64,000 nucleotides of DNA, from assembly GCA_050273025.1 (NCBI GenBank), contig CP158635.1:8680001-8744000 (forward strand), read 5' to 3'. Every line of letters starts with the position of its first letter. The stretch's first letter is position 1. Source of the stretch: Cenococcum geophilum (Eukaryota). The translations under genes and the position numbers were made by a program. The notes under the pieces are model-generated. The model did not search any database, had not been told where the DNA came from, and saw only the letters and a list, made by a program, of their open reading frames with translations. Shown one piece after another: positions 39,912 through 51,487 of this stretch.

Positions 39912-41052
39912 ATGGCAACAGCAACGAAAACGACCGCTACAACTGCAATTGTGCTGCAACACATTGGAAAAGCCCTAGGGGCTGAAGTTGGTGAGGACAC
40001 TATCCAGACAGAGGTTGACTACCTCTTCAAAGATCCCAAGCACGAATATGAGAAGCCGTACGATCTCAAGTACGATGCTGGAGGAATCATTCCACGCACA
40101 AATATGGCAACTGAACCTAGGTCTATTCTGATTCACAATTTCCGGCCTCTTCAACATTCTCAAAGCTTCGAGGAGTACGGATTCACGTCGGCGAAAATTG
40201 ATTGCGCGTTGACAGCTTCCGAGTTTCGCAACGACAAGACGGTTAAGGAGGTGTACTACCCAGCCATTGAGAACTTGCTATGGCAAGCATTCCCCGATGC
40301 AGCTGAGATGCAAATAATAGAACATGCTGTACGTACACTTGGCTCTGTAGTTTGAGTTCCTGCAGTAACCTTTTTACAAGCTTCGCAAAAGGCATCCGCA
40401 ATTTCCTATAGTGGGCGAAGATTCTCTCAAGTTCTATCAGCCTGCTAGAGTCGTTCATATCGGTGAGTCTCTCGGTCTGTTCAGTCAATATGGCATGCTC
40501 ACCAAGCCCTAGACTGGTCGCCAGAGTCAACTACTCGAACAGCTCGCGCAGCATTCAAGAAGGAACCAAATCAGTATCGGCGCGTGTTGACGGTGAAGTG
40601 AGTGCCCTGCTATCGTAGAGATTTGCCAGAGGAAATCAGAGACTCATATATACAGCTTTTGGAAATCCTTCCAAGGGCCTGGTAACGATTGGCCGCTAGC
40701 GCTTTGTGACTGGCGTACTGTAGATTGCAAATCGGAACTCATTGCGGCGGATGCTGTGTATCGTGATAGGTACACCGAAAACCAAAGGCTCTATTACGGT
40801 CTGAAGCACAAATGGTACTACATTAAGGATCTCGGTGATGATGAGGTGATTATGATCCGGCAAACGGATTCTAATCTTAATGACTTTGAAGGTGGAGGTG
40901 AGTGCCACTTACACGACTTTGTAGTCCCCCGATGTGTTCTGACGACTTTGCTACCAGGTGTTGCCCATACAAGCTTCTACAATCCAAAGGCGAATGAAAA
41001 TGCTCCACTCAGGGAGAGCATAGAATTGAGAGCTTTTGTGTTCTTCACATAG
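39912..41052 (+). CDS. CmcJ/NvfI/AsaB-like Fe(II)/2-oxoglutarate-type oxygenase (5 exons)
   Basis: Spliced protein has YEKPY, EVYYP, ARVVHID, NFWK...DWPLALCDWRTV, VAHTSF and RESIELRAFVF, hallmarks of this family; four canonical introns. Confidence 0.88.
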
Positions 41053-41155
41053 AATGTTATTTCGAAAATGAATGTGTCATTCAAACGGACTATATGACAG
41101 CGAATTTACAATTTGCAACAGTGTCCAATCCATTCAACTACGCAGTCTCTATCAT

Positions 41156-41344
41156 TCACATCGCTTCTTTTTTGGGAGCAATACCCTCGTCCTTATCATT
41201 GTATGCAAATGCTCCATTGATGCCGCCACCACCGGAGGGATTCTTAAGGTTGCAGGATTCCAAGGCATCAGGAGCAGGCCACACCTTCCTCCACGGCTGC
41301 GCCTTTGCTTTCGTAGCTTCGAGTGTCTTCGTGGATTCGGGCAT
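41156..41344 (-). CDS. Possible 62-aa microprotein
   Basis: ATG with A at -3 (GAAAATG), CA-rich leader and natural-looking composition (MPESTKTLEATKAKAQPWRKVWPAP...); no recognised homology. Confidence 0.35.
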   Translation of the reverse strand: MPESTKTLEATKAKAQPWRKVWPAPDALESCNLKNPSGGGGINGAFAYNDKDEGIAPKKEAM

Positions 41345-42781
41345 TTTCAGTCGCTTGATGATTGATGTTCGATTGGTAAGCTGTTTCATTCACATCTGTC
41401 AGCACATTTGAAACGACGTAGCCATGTTAATCGTCATCACAAACCTTCCTCGTTGAGGACTTGTAAGATTCGCAATTTGAAGGGCGATACGGTAATGCTG
41501 ACTTTGAGCAGGACCATGGGGATAAATGCACAGATCTAGCGACATGTCTCAATGTATATCCAACCCGTGTCTTGACCGGAAAATTGAATGAGGCAGTGAG
41601 CAACTGCACTACCCTGGCCTAACGGAAACTTGTGAGAGACCGCCTGCGGAATGCTGCATTGTGACGCGGACCCCGTTTTACAGATAGCTCACCCCATGAT
41701 AAGTCTAGGTAAATATTGGTCCACTTGGTTTGACCTTCGTTCGCCCAGGGCATCTTGATCTGCTAGCGTCTCCGCCTCTTTTTTCCTCGTACCATGATTG
41801 TTCCCGCATTGTCACGATAATCCGCAAAGTCCACACAAATTGCTCAAGTGGATTTCTCCCGCCGGGGATCTACTGCTGATCCCTTTCACAGGTTTTCCAG
41901 GATACGTCCACTCAGGTTTTTCTTCAACAAAAGAACTATTTACAATCGCCCCGATCAAATCATTAAACTTTTCTGATGTATCAACAGTTTGATCGTAGCT
42001 GGCCAGAAATTTGTACGACAATAGCTTGTGCTCCCAATTGCTGTGGAACATTTAGCATTCTCAAATACAATCCAGTACAACGTTTCGCGGCCTGTGAACA
42101 AACAGGCAACTCAATCAAATGCTTCAAGGTTGCTTCGATGGTTGCACATGAGCCTTCCAGGTAAAGAATTCCACTAAACAAGGGTAGACATGCTTAGGAG
42201 GACTCTTCAGTGCGTTCAAATTTGCATGTAGGTCGATAAAAAACCTATCCAGGCTACAAGCTCCAAATGGGTTGATCCAAAAAGTGCAAAGATCAGGTTG
42301 ATCCTCGCACCTGTTGTCTAGGATGATCGTAGTGCAGACCAGGCAGGTAATGGTGTGATGATTCCACAAAGCTTCGCCCCGTCCCAAGTCGGCTCGGGTC
42401 CCTAGGGTCCATCCTATAAGCTGGATTTCTACCTCTTGGCTAGGAGCTTTTGTGAAATTTGACGATCTCTGTAGAAGGCCACTAACACTGCCTTGTCCGT
42501 AAAAAGTGGCAGTGTTAGCAATGTGGCCAAGTTTTTTTCGACCTGTGGCAACCTGAAAACTAGACCGTTATCGGTAGATTCATTTTTTGTTCGCCTTTCC
42601 GGGGCTATGTTTGGGCTCTGCTTGGGGGTCTAAATTTATACTCTATTAGAAAATCTATAAATTTAAGAGACGGCAAGTAACAGCCATGGTAGTTAAACAA
42701 CTTGCATCAGCTATCTTTCACTTTTTCTGGGGATTCTAGAAATTGTCTATTCCGATATTCTTTTTCAATAATTTTTCAACT

Positions 42782-44329
42782 ATGACGATTGCTTGGATCA
42801 GTTTATCAACGCGTTGGAGTCTAGGCAGCGTGCAGGCAGCGCTCAATGTCATTATTTCAGTCCTGAGTACAGTCGGTATCTGGTCACTCTCTCGATTTTG
42901 GTGGCAACGAGGCAGTGCGAGCGTATTGCGCGACAATTCTAACGTTCCCCTCTCTACATTAGTCACTCTTTCGAGCCTTGGTGAGGGGTGGGATGCCGTC
43001 ACAGTGCTTCGCAGGCAGCTTCTTGCCAAAGAGAACAGGGGCGTGCTTGTTCAATTCATCGTGGTTGTCGCAACAACCCTTTCTTGCATGTTCTCAGGAC
43101 CAATCGCCAAAGTGTCACTCAAAAGTAGCCGAACCATACAGGCGAGTCAACTTGAAGTTCTACAGACAATCAAAGGCGATGGTTCTATTGCCAATTTGCT
43201 CGAGGCCAATGTACTGTGGAATGACACCATCAGGAGCTTGAATGAGGCCGGATTCCCACAGACTCAGATGCTTGACTACCTACCACCTTCAACTGCACCT
43301 TGGACCTACATCACAAGCGAGTGGAATCCAACTTGGAGCATGACATGCGACTACACAGATGCTACACTCTTGCACAACGTCACAGCTCCTGGAAACTACA
43401 CCTTCTACGATCCTATCAACGCTTTCCCAGCATATCGTGATACTTACGATCGGAAATGGCTCGACACGTCCAACTATAGGATGCAAGCCGACTTCACTAG
43501 CTGGACAACTTCATCAGTAGCGCCGGATCCTCCTTTCCAGGATGTTTTGTTTTTCATCTTAATCGAACCTGATCCAGAAAAAGATGATCGAATGAATACA
43601 AATAATGAAACAGTGGAAATATCTATTTCCGTAGTTCACGCACAAAACTTTCACGCATCAGATTATGCCGATTCCACCGAAGGAGCAGCAACAATATGGC
43701 GACCCACCGGGCCGGTTGGGAACACAAGTTACGCAAGAGTAGAATGCAACATCACCCGGAAGTCAGATGTTGTAGATGAGGACGAGATTCCTTGGATCTA
43801 GACGAACGATACTTACGCCATCACGATGGCTTACTGGACGTACTGGGCTTATTTGCTCGAAGATAATGCCAGCAAGGATCTCCCTGTATCTATGCCCGCA
43901 CCTGAGGAACTTTTAAGATTCTACCAGGCATACATGGTATCAGTCAATACTATCTATGCGTTCCCGACGTTACGAAACGTCAGCATTTTGATGGACACAG
44001 TGCAGTTATCGGTCATCTTCTTGACCATGGTTACCGTTCTGAGCTGTTTGACACTCTGGCTGACTGGGCGTTACTTTTGGTTCCTGGGACGGCATCACTC
44101 GGAGCTTGATCAGGTGTTTATTCCAGATGGCAAGATGGATTGGATGATTCATGCCGCTAAAGTTTCGGTGCATGAGGATATGATTGATGAGAAGAGAGCT
44201 AAAGACAGGGACTACTTCCGCACCGCAACTTTCGGTTATAGCGAAACAGAATTGGAGAAAGCAGGCGCTGGATTGCGGCCTCCTGGGCTTGCTCGAGTCT
44301 ATATTGGCAGAACTTCAATATCTGGCTAA
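42782..44329 (+). pseudogene. Uncharacterised membrane glycoprotein with one in-frame TAG (43799-43801)
   Basis: ORFs 42743-43801 and 43826-44329 are in the same frame and join as PWI*TNDTYAITM. Two N-terminal and one C-terminal hydrophobic segments flank a luminal-looking domain with N-x-S/T sites. Confidence 0.75.
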
Positions 44330-45254
44330 TTCTCCAGGAGCAGATCCCAATGAGGACGCCCTCCGCTCTCTTTCATGAAGAGAATGATTACGGTCATGAC
44401 GGCCATAACGACGAGCATAATCTCAAGCGGGCTCCTAGCTCCATTGGGTCACACAATGGGCTTGAGCTCGTTGTATCATTAGCAGACAACATATCGCAGC
44501 CCGCTCTCGGGAGCAAAGTCTACCTCCAGATGCGAAGATGTTACGTCAACAAACCTCAGCAAGATCTTCAATGGATGGAAGCCGGCCGTTACTAAATTAT
44601 GGAGCGTCTTCCACCAAATCTAGCTTTCGACCGATTGTACTAGAGATTAAAGAAGTTTCTCCGACAACTAATGTGGCCGAGGAAAACGAGGAGAAGAAAT
44701 GAACGTAGATGCAGACTGAGTTTTGTGCTCAATGTGGTGGTAGAAGTACTGGATTTAGAGTTTTATTGGTAGAAAGAGATATATCAGAGAGAGTAGCTTT
44801 GGACAGTGCAACTTTGAACCAGATACGGGCAGACTTGCTAATAAGCAAGCAAGCAAGCAGGCAGAACACCCCTCTGCTTGCTTGCTTGCTTGTTAATTGC
44901 TTGCTAAGACAGTATAGAATTTGAAGTTCTACAGAAAATCCGCTGTGGCTTCGCCCAGCAGCAGTATATTGCCAACCAAGCTCCTCTACTATCAATTAAT
45001 TGTAGTATAAGCTCGTTCGCGCGGCTCGGAGGCAGTTTATGAGGCAGACGCGGTAAAGGCAGTGCGTATATCGCGATCTTGGCGTAGTGTAGAGGATCGG
45101 GAGGAAGTGTTTATTGAGTTAGCTCAGCAAAGTCAGACCGTAGAATCAATTAGCGGACATCCGTATATCCGCATGCGGATATCGCTAACCTTTTTTGTCA
45201 AAAAGTTGATTCTATGGTCTGAGGGACTTTCGCTGATTTTATTAAGCGCATCGT

Positions 45255-45676
45255 CTAAATTTGTATGGGAGCTGTATATAATCTTTAATGAAATTGTTAA
45301 AGCCACCCACGTAAGGTCTAGGGCTGCATATAGGCTTAAAATAATTATAGGAGCTAGATCTATTAACGGTCAATTTTTGGCTCTTATACGTATGCTTATT
45401 GTAATATTATAGGCAATATTATAGGTAATGTTGCTACGCTTAAAAACGGGATTTTTAACTAAATTAATTTTAATTTTAACTTTAGGCCATTATAGACCAA
45501 TTTTAACCCAATATTTATAAAATATCGGGTCGTCTCTCTAATCGATCAACTTTTGGTAGTATTTTAAGCCGTTATAGTTAAGCAATTCAACCGTGAATAG
45601 AGGGAAAATTATAAAATATGTTGACGCGGTCTACAAATGTTGGAAAACAGCCTCACACGTAATTACGGTGGTTTCG
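45255..45676. mobile_element. Degenerate terminus of the TTACCTCAG family (continues at 50184-~50272), target of the 45677 insertion
   Basis: Reverse-complement similarity to 19690-20085; similarity resumes after the TSD (ACAAATATAGTTAGGTATC vs ACGAACGTGGTTAGCTACC). Confidence 0.65.
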
Positions 45677-48600
45677 TTACCTCAGCGAGCTCAGACGTGA
45701 ATTTGATTGGAGCGGATGTTCCTTCGGCCCGTCAACAAGTTGACTAACATCCACCAAAATCACGTCTGAGAGCGTTTGGCGAGTTTTGTTAAAAGCATAA
45801 GCAAAAATCTTAGTTTTGGCAATTTTATAAGGGGATTTCCTCCACGACATAATAAAATAAAGTCTCTAAAAGTTAATATATAAATTTTAGGGCGCTACTT
45901 TATACATTAAAGGGCTTTAAATTGCATTATCCCCTCCCGAATCTGAGATTAATTTCGTTAAAGTTAAAATTCCTGTTATTAAAAGCATAAGTGTCACGGC
46001 TCGTACAAATGCCTCTAAACCGAAGCTTGTAGAATGCTGTATTACGAAGATACTAAGCTAAGGAGCAGGAGGTTGAGGAAAGGACGCGTCTATATACACG
46101 AGCCAAGTCTCCAAGCGAGCCCCTGACTAGGCTGCATATAGACGTCGCAGGGGCGGTGCCCTAGCGCCGTCACATCACCCCCCCCTTCCAAAAAAGCCTG
46201 CCCTTAGGCTTTACCCCCTCGTAGAAAGGAAAGAAGAGAAAGAAAAGAAAAAAAAATCCAGCATCTGGCGCTTGATCGCGATGCTGGTTAACATAGGACT
46301 TGCAGCAGTCCTGCAGCTCCTGCTGCTGCGAGGTATATCACTATACCTAGTTGACGTAGGGCAGGCAGCCGTCCTGCAGCTCCTGCTACTGCGAGGTATA
46401 TCGCTAGAAGCCCTCCGTTGGTCGTCGTTCCTCCTCCCTCCTCCTAGAACTCCGGTGCCTCCTAGCTATACTCTCCCCCCTTTTGTTATGGCGCGCCCCG
46501 AGCCATAAAAAAAAGCCCCCCTAGTCCCCCTCTTAAAAAAAAGTAGGCGTGAAGGTTTAATAAGGGTGGGAGGGTTAGGGAGTTACTCGCATGCATATCG
46601 GCACGAGTTCTTGTCGGTTTAGTAGCAGTACGGTGCAAGCAACAGGTCGTTCGGGTGGCAGTATAATGCCAGCAACGGGGTCGTATACTAGGGAGCAAAG
46701 CTCTACCTAGTCGTATTTAGGTCGCAGGCTTACCAGCACAATAGTAATCGATATCGCAGGCGTATCGGCGCGATGTCTTGTCGGGTTTATAGCAGTACGG
46801 TGCTAGCGACGGGCCGTATTCCAGGGAGCAAAGCTCTACCTTGTATACAGTTATTACTGTAGGCAGGGCAGTAGAAGTCAGTTGTAGTGCTATAGGCAGA
46901 GCAGCGATGGTCGGATCGGGATTAGCTGTAGGCAGAGCAGCAAGGGTTTATTTATTTAGCTATAGGCGGAGCAGCGGGTGTCGGTTGGCTACAGTATATA
47001 GCAAGGTATTAGTTTAGCTGCAGGCGAAGCAGTAGAGGTCAAGTGTAGTACTATAAGCGGAGCAGTAGAAGTTAGTTGGCTGCAGGCAGGGCAGCAAGTA
47101 GTTAATTAGCTGCGGGCAAAGCAGCGAGGGTTAATCGGCTGCAGGCAGAGCAGCGGAGGTCTATTATAATAGCAGTACGGTGCAAGCGTCGGGTGGTAAT
47201 AGTGGTCGGACGTAGAGTTCGGTCTATTAGTTAGTTAGTAGATTGTAGGCGTATCAGCATAATCGGTCTGTTAGTTAGACTATAGGCGTAGCAGTACAGT
47301 CGTTATTAGGTTAAGATAGCAGGCATATCGGCGCTATTATTGGTTAATGAATTGCTGGCGTAACAGTATAATCGTTCGGTCGACTATAGGCGCAGCGGTA
47401 TAGTTATTATCTGTTTAGGTCGTAGGCGGTTATATCGGCGCGAGAGCTTGTCTAAGCTCTACTACCCCCTCCTTTAATATGGCGCGCCCTGAGCCATAGA
47501 AAAAAGAAATATAGCTTATATGCGTATTGGCACGAGCTCTTGTCTATTTAGTAGTAGTACGGTACTAGCGTCTAATGGTAGATAGTAGGCGTATCGGTGC
47601 TATTATTGGTCAATTAATCGCAGGTATAACGGCACGATTAGTTAATCGGTTTGTATTTGAATTGTGTGCAAATCGCATTTAGATCGCAGGCGTAACGGCG
47701 CGATTATTATCTAGTTCGTCTAAATTAATTTCGTTATTAAAGCTTATATAGCTTAGTATTAACCTCGTTATCGGAGTGTATAAATGCTTAAGGTAAAGCT
47801 TATATAACTTAGTATTAACTATAGTCGTTCCTTAGTATGCGTAGCTTAGTATTAGTTAAAAAGGATTACTATAGGTAGAGAAGAAGACGATCAAATTGGT
47901 TAGGGAGGCAGTTAATCGTCAATAAACTTATACGGTCGTTGTTAAAGTCATAGTTCGTGTCGCAGGCATATCGGCATGACGGTTAGTTAGGTTCGTATTC
48001 AAATCGTAGGCGTAACGGCATAATCCGTCTGTTGGTTTCTTAAGGTCTACTGTCGATTGGTAGGTAGTTTAAGACGTTGTCGGTTATTTAAAGGTACGCT
48101 GTAGAGTTGACAGGCGTATTCGAATACTTAGATTTGATTAAGGATATTGCTGTAAGTAGTAGATATCTAGGATCGATTGAGAACTTATAGGAATGCTATT
48201 GTGACTTAGCATATTAAATCGTTGTTAGAGGTATCGAAAGAGGTATTAAGAGGGTACGTGTTGATATTTTAATTCTTGTTAGAGGGTTAAAGGTATCAAA
48301 GAAAGAGTGCGCTTTGATATTCGAGTATAGTTATATAAGGGTAAGCTGTTATATAGCGTTTAATTTAACGAGATGCTATTAGAGAGCAGATTCGCATATT
48401 ATCGTTTAAGGAGGACTGCCGTTAAGTAGTAGGTAGTTTAAGGGTAGTTAACGAATGGTATTAAGAGCGTATGTACTAAGGCGTACGTGTTAATATTTTG
48501 ATTCTTGTTAACGATTGGTAAGATATACTTTTATAACGGTAGGCTATCTTATTTGTAGAAGGTTGTAGAAATAAATAGGCTTATCTATAGAGCTGTTAGA

Positions 48601-50174
48601 GAGTGCTATAAATCGGAATGATTCTCCTAATCTGTTCTCCTAATTAAGAGTGCTATAAATCACTTAAATTCTCCCCTAGGTTCCTAGTACCCCTATACGT
48701 AGGATGCAGATGTATTCGGCCGTAAGATCGAGGGACTACCTAGGTCGATAGTAAGGTTTGGGTTGATTACATACGGTGGTTGTTAATAAGAACTTAATGG
48801 GTGTCTATAAGGCGTTTATAGATAGGTCGGAGAGTCGTGTTATAGGCATATCGGCGCAACAGGTTATTAGGTTTGCTTTTGAATCACGTTTGGGCCGCAT
48901 TCGAATTGCATTCGGATTGCAGGCGTATCGGCGCAATCGTTCGGTCAGTTAAACTATAGGCGTATTGGCATAGTCGGTAATCGAGTTTAGGGGTTTAGGG
49001 TAGTAGTACGGTGCCAGCGTTAGGTCCTTCCTAATTAATTTCGTCTCTCCTTATACAGCTCAGTATTAATTAGGGTAGTTATTGCAGCGTAGTAGCCAGA
49101 GGATAACGGGTAGGATTCGTTCTAGAGGACTTCGTGGACAATATGCACCTACCGCCTAATGGCACGGCACGGGTTATAAGTCAGCTTATCTTGGCCGTCG
49201 GCCTAAACCTAATGTATATTAAAGGACTTCGCGGACAATATGCACCTACCGCCCAATGGTATGGCGCGGGTTATAAGTCAGCTCGTCTTGGCCGTCACTG
49301 CGGGATTAGTGCTGGGCTTAGTAATAGGATCACTATATCGTTCTCTATAGTACTAGGCTAAGTCTTAACCGGGGTCGTCTCTGCAGCTTGTATAACTCCA
49401 TATCAGTTAAAAAGGTTGGAGGGGTAAGATATTCTAAGCCTTCCTAGGCACGTGTCCTTGGCCATTAAAGTTGGCATTTAATCGCAACTATAGGAGACCT
49501 TCTAGCTGCTTAAGTACCGGCTCCTAGTAACTCAATAGTAGCGACTTAACGCATCGACGACGCGTAGCTAGGGGTGTTTGACGCGAGTCCTCGAGGACCT
49601 ACGGAACGGGGGTGGGAGATTATCCAGGCCTTCCCAGGCGAGGTAAAGAGGGAGCTTCAAAACGAATGAAGTCCCCCCTGGGTGGGTGAGCTTAGTATAA
49701 TGTCACGGCTCGTACAAATGCCTCTGAACCGAAGCTTGTAGAATGCTGTATTACGAAGATACTAAGCTAAGGAGCAGGAGGTTGAGGAAAGGACGCGTCT
49801 ATATACACGAGCCAAGTCTCCAAGCGAGCCCCTAACTAGGCTGCATGTAGACGTCGCAGGGGCGGTGCCCTAGCGCCGTCACAATAAGCACTTTTTGTAT
49901 AGGCCCGTACGGGCCCATATAAAAATATAAAAAGCCTAAAATCTCATAATCTATAGAGCTCAATCTCCTGAGTAATTTAATATAATTTTTACCTTAAAAT
50001 ATGTTGTGGGGATGTTGATTAATTTTGTTGGGGTTTGTGAGTTTTCCTTACTAAAAGTGCTTATGTTTCCATACAAATCTCGCCAAAGTGCCTCAGACCA
50101 AGAAATCGATCAAATATCCGAAGGAGATTAGCGCGCCAGCGCAATCGATTTCTTAGTCTGAGCTTCTGAGGTAA
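45677..50174. mobile_element. Non-autonomous DNA transposon (~600 bp net) with TTACCTCAG termini, terminal hairpins and 9-bp TSD
   Basis: Ends TTACCTCAGCGAGCTCAGAC and GTCTGAGCTTCTGAGGTAA; perfect TSD GTGGTTTCG (45668-45676, 50175-50183); interrupted by an LTR element. Confidence 0.85.
45992..49883 (-). mobile_element. Non-autonomous LTR element (3.9 kb) with repetitive internal region and no recognisable pol
   Basis: 183-bp LTRs 45992-46174 and 49701-49883 differing by 3 transitions; TSD ATAAG (45987-45991, 49884-49888); minus-strand PPT after 46174. Confidence 0.92.
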
Positions 50175-50715
50175 GTGGTTTCGCACAAATATAGTTAGGT
50201 ATCGGGTTAACCACGGGTTACGCACGAACCCCCAAGGTCCGCGACATATCGTCCAGGATCTTAGTGAGGGGAGTTTTCGTTACAAACTATCCGCCAACGT
50301 CTAAGATGCCAAGAGCCACCAATCCTCACGTGAGCTTACCAATTCCATCTTTCTCGCCGTGCAAACTCAGCGGACACCATCGCTTTCGCGGACCAGAATT
50401 CATCCTGCCCTCTGTGGAACAACAACGTCCAGCTAGTGCTGCGATCATGCAGAGAACAATGATGAGGGCGGTCATCGGGCGGGCCAAGCTCAGACTATCC
50501 TCAAAACGGCAGTCATGCATGATGCATGATCCAACAGCTACCAGAATTCCCATCTCTGACGGACGAAATAATCACTAACACCAACAACCATCTAAGGTAA
50601 TTTAGGCAGCATATCTCCACGTACACTACCGTACAAATACTCACGGCTGCCGAACTATTGACTCTCCAGCTTCTCCATTGAATCGACCATCAATTTCACA
50701 CAGTTCACTACAACA

Positions 50716-51487
50716 ATGACATCCGCAGCTCTCGCCGGCAGCACCGGCCTCGTTGTACGCCTCCCTCCTCCTCTCGTCCTTCCACCCATCCCCAATGCTC
50801 CCCCACTAACTACCCCAGGGCTCCGAAATCCTCAAAACGCTCCTCGCCCACCCGTCCATCACCACCGTACACGCCTACACCCGGCGCGATCTCCCGAACT
50901 CGACCTCCAGCAACAAACTGCACGCCCTCCAATCCACCGACACCGCCACCTGGCCAAGCCTCTACCCAACCGCCCCGCCCGCCCCGCTCTTCCTCTCCGC
51001 CCTCGGCACCACGCGCGCCGCGGCCGGCGGGCCGGAAGCTCAGCGCGCCATCGACCACACGCTGAACGTCGCGCTCGCCAGGGCGGCCAAAGACGCCGGC
51101 GCGACGACGTACGTGCTCATCTCGTCTGGCTCGGCGAGCTCGAAGTCCGCGGTGCCGTACTCGAAGATGAAGGGCGAGACGGAGGACGCGGTGCGCGCGC
51201 TGGGGTTCGCGCATACGGTTATCCTGCGCCCGGGCCTGATCGTTGGAGCGCGGAGTGAGAGTCGGCCTGCCGAGGCAGTGTTTAGGGGCATTGCGAGGGC
51301 GTTGGGGAAGGTTAGTAATGTGTTGAAGGATAGTTGGGCGCAGGATGCGGAAGTAATTGCTAGGGCGGCAGTGAGGGCTGGGTTGGATTGTGTGGAGGGG
51401 AAGAGGGAGGAAGGCGTGTGGGTTTTGGAGCAGGGGGATATTATTAGATTGGGGCGGACGGAGTGGAAGGTGGAGAAGGCGAAGTAG
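50716..51487 (+). CDS. FMP52: FMP52-like NAD(P)-binding Rossmann/atypical SDR protein
   Basis: Intron 50755-50818 (GT..CTAAC..AG) gives AGSTGLVGSEIL, FLSALGTTRA, YSKMKGE.E, ILRPGLIVG and WAQDAEVIARAAV. Confidence 0.9.

Noticed and set aside
41800..42420. Three overlapping minus-strand ORFs as a frameshifted gene relic (faint NB-ARC-like FWI segment)
   Set aside because: No Walker A or other convincing motif; cannot be supported without a homology search.
46860..47160. Repeat-spacer pattern as a CRISPR-like array
   Set aside because: Eukaryotic context, degenerate ~30-bp tandem units with related spacers, inside an LTR element; no cas genes.
50264..50578. ORFs 50264-50578 (+) and 50326-50553 (-)
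   Set aside because: Upstream region of FMP52; no motifs or splice support.
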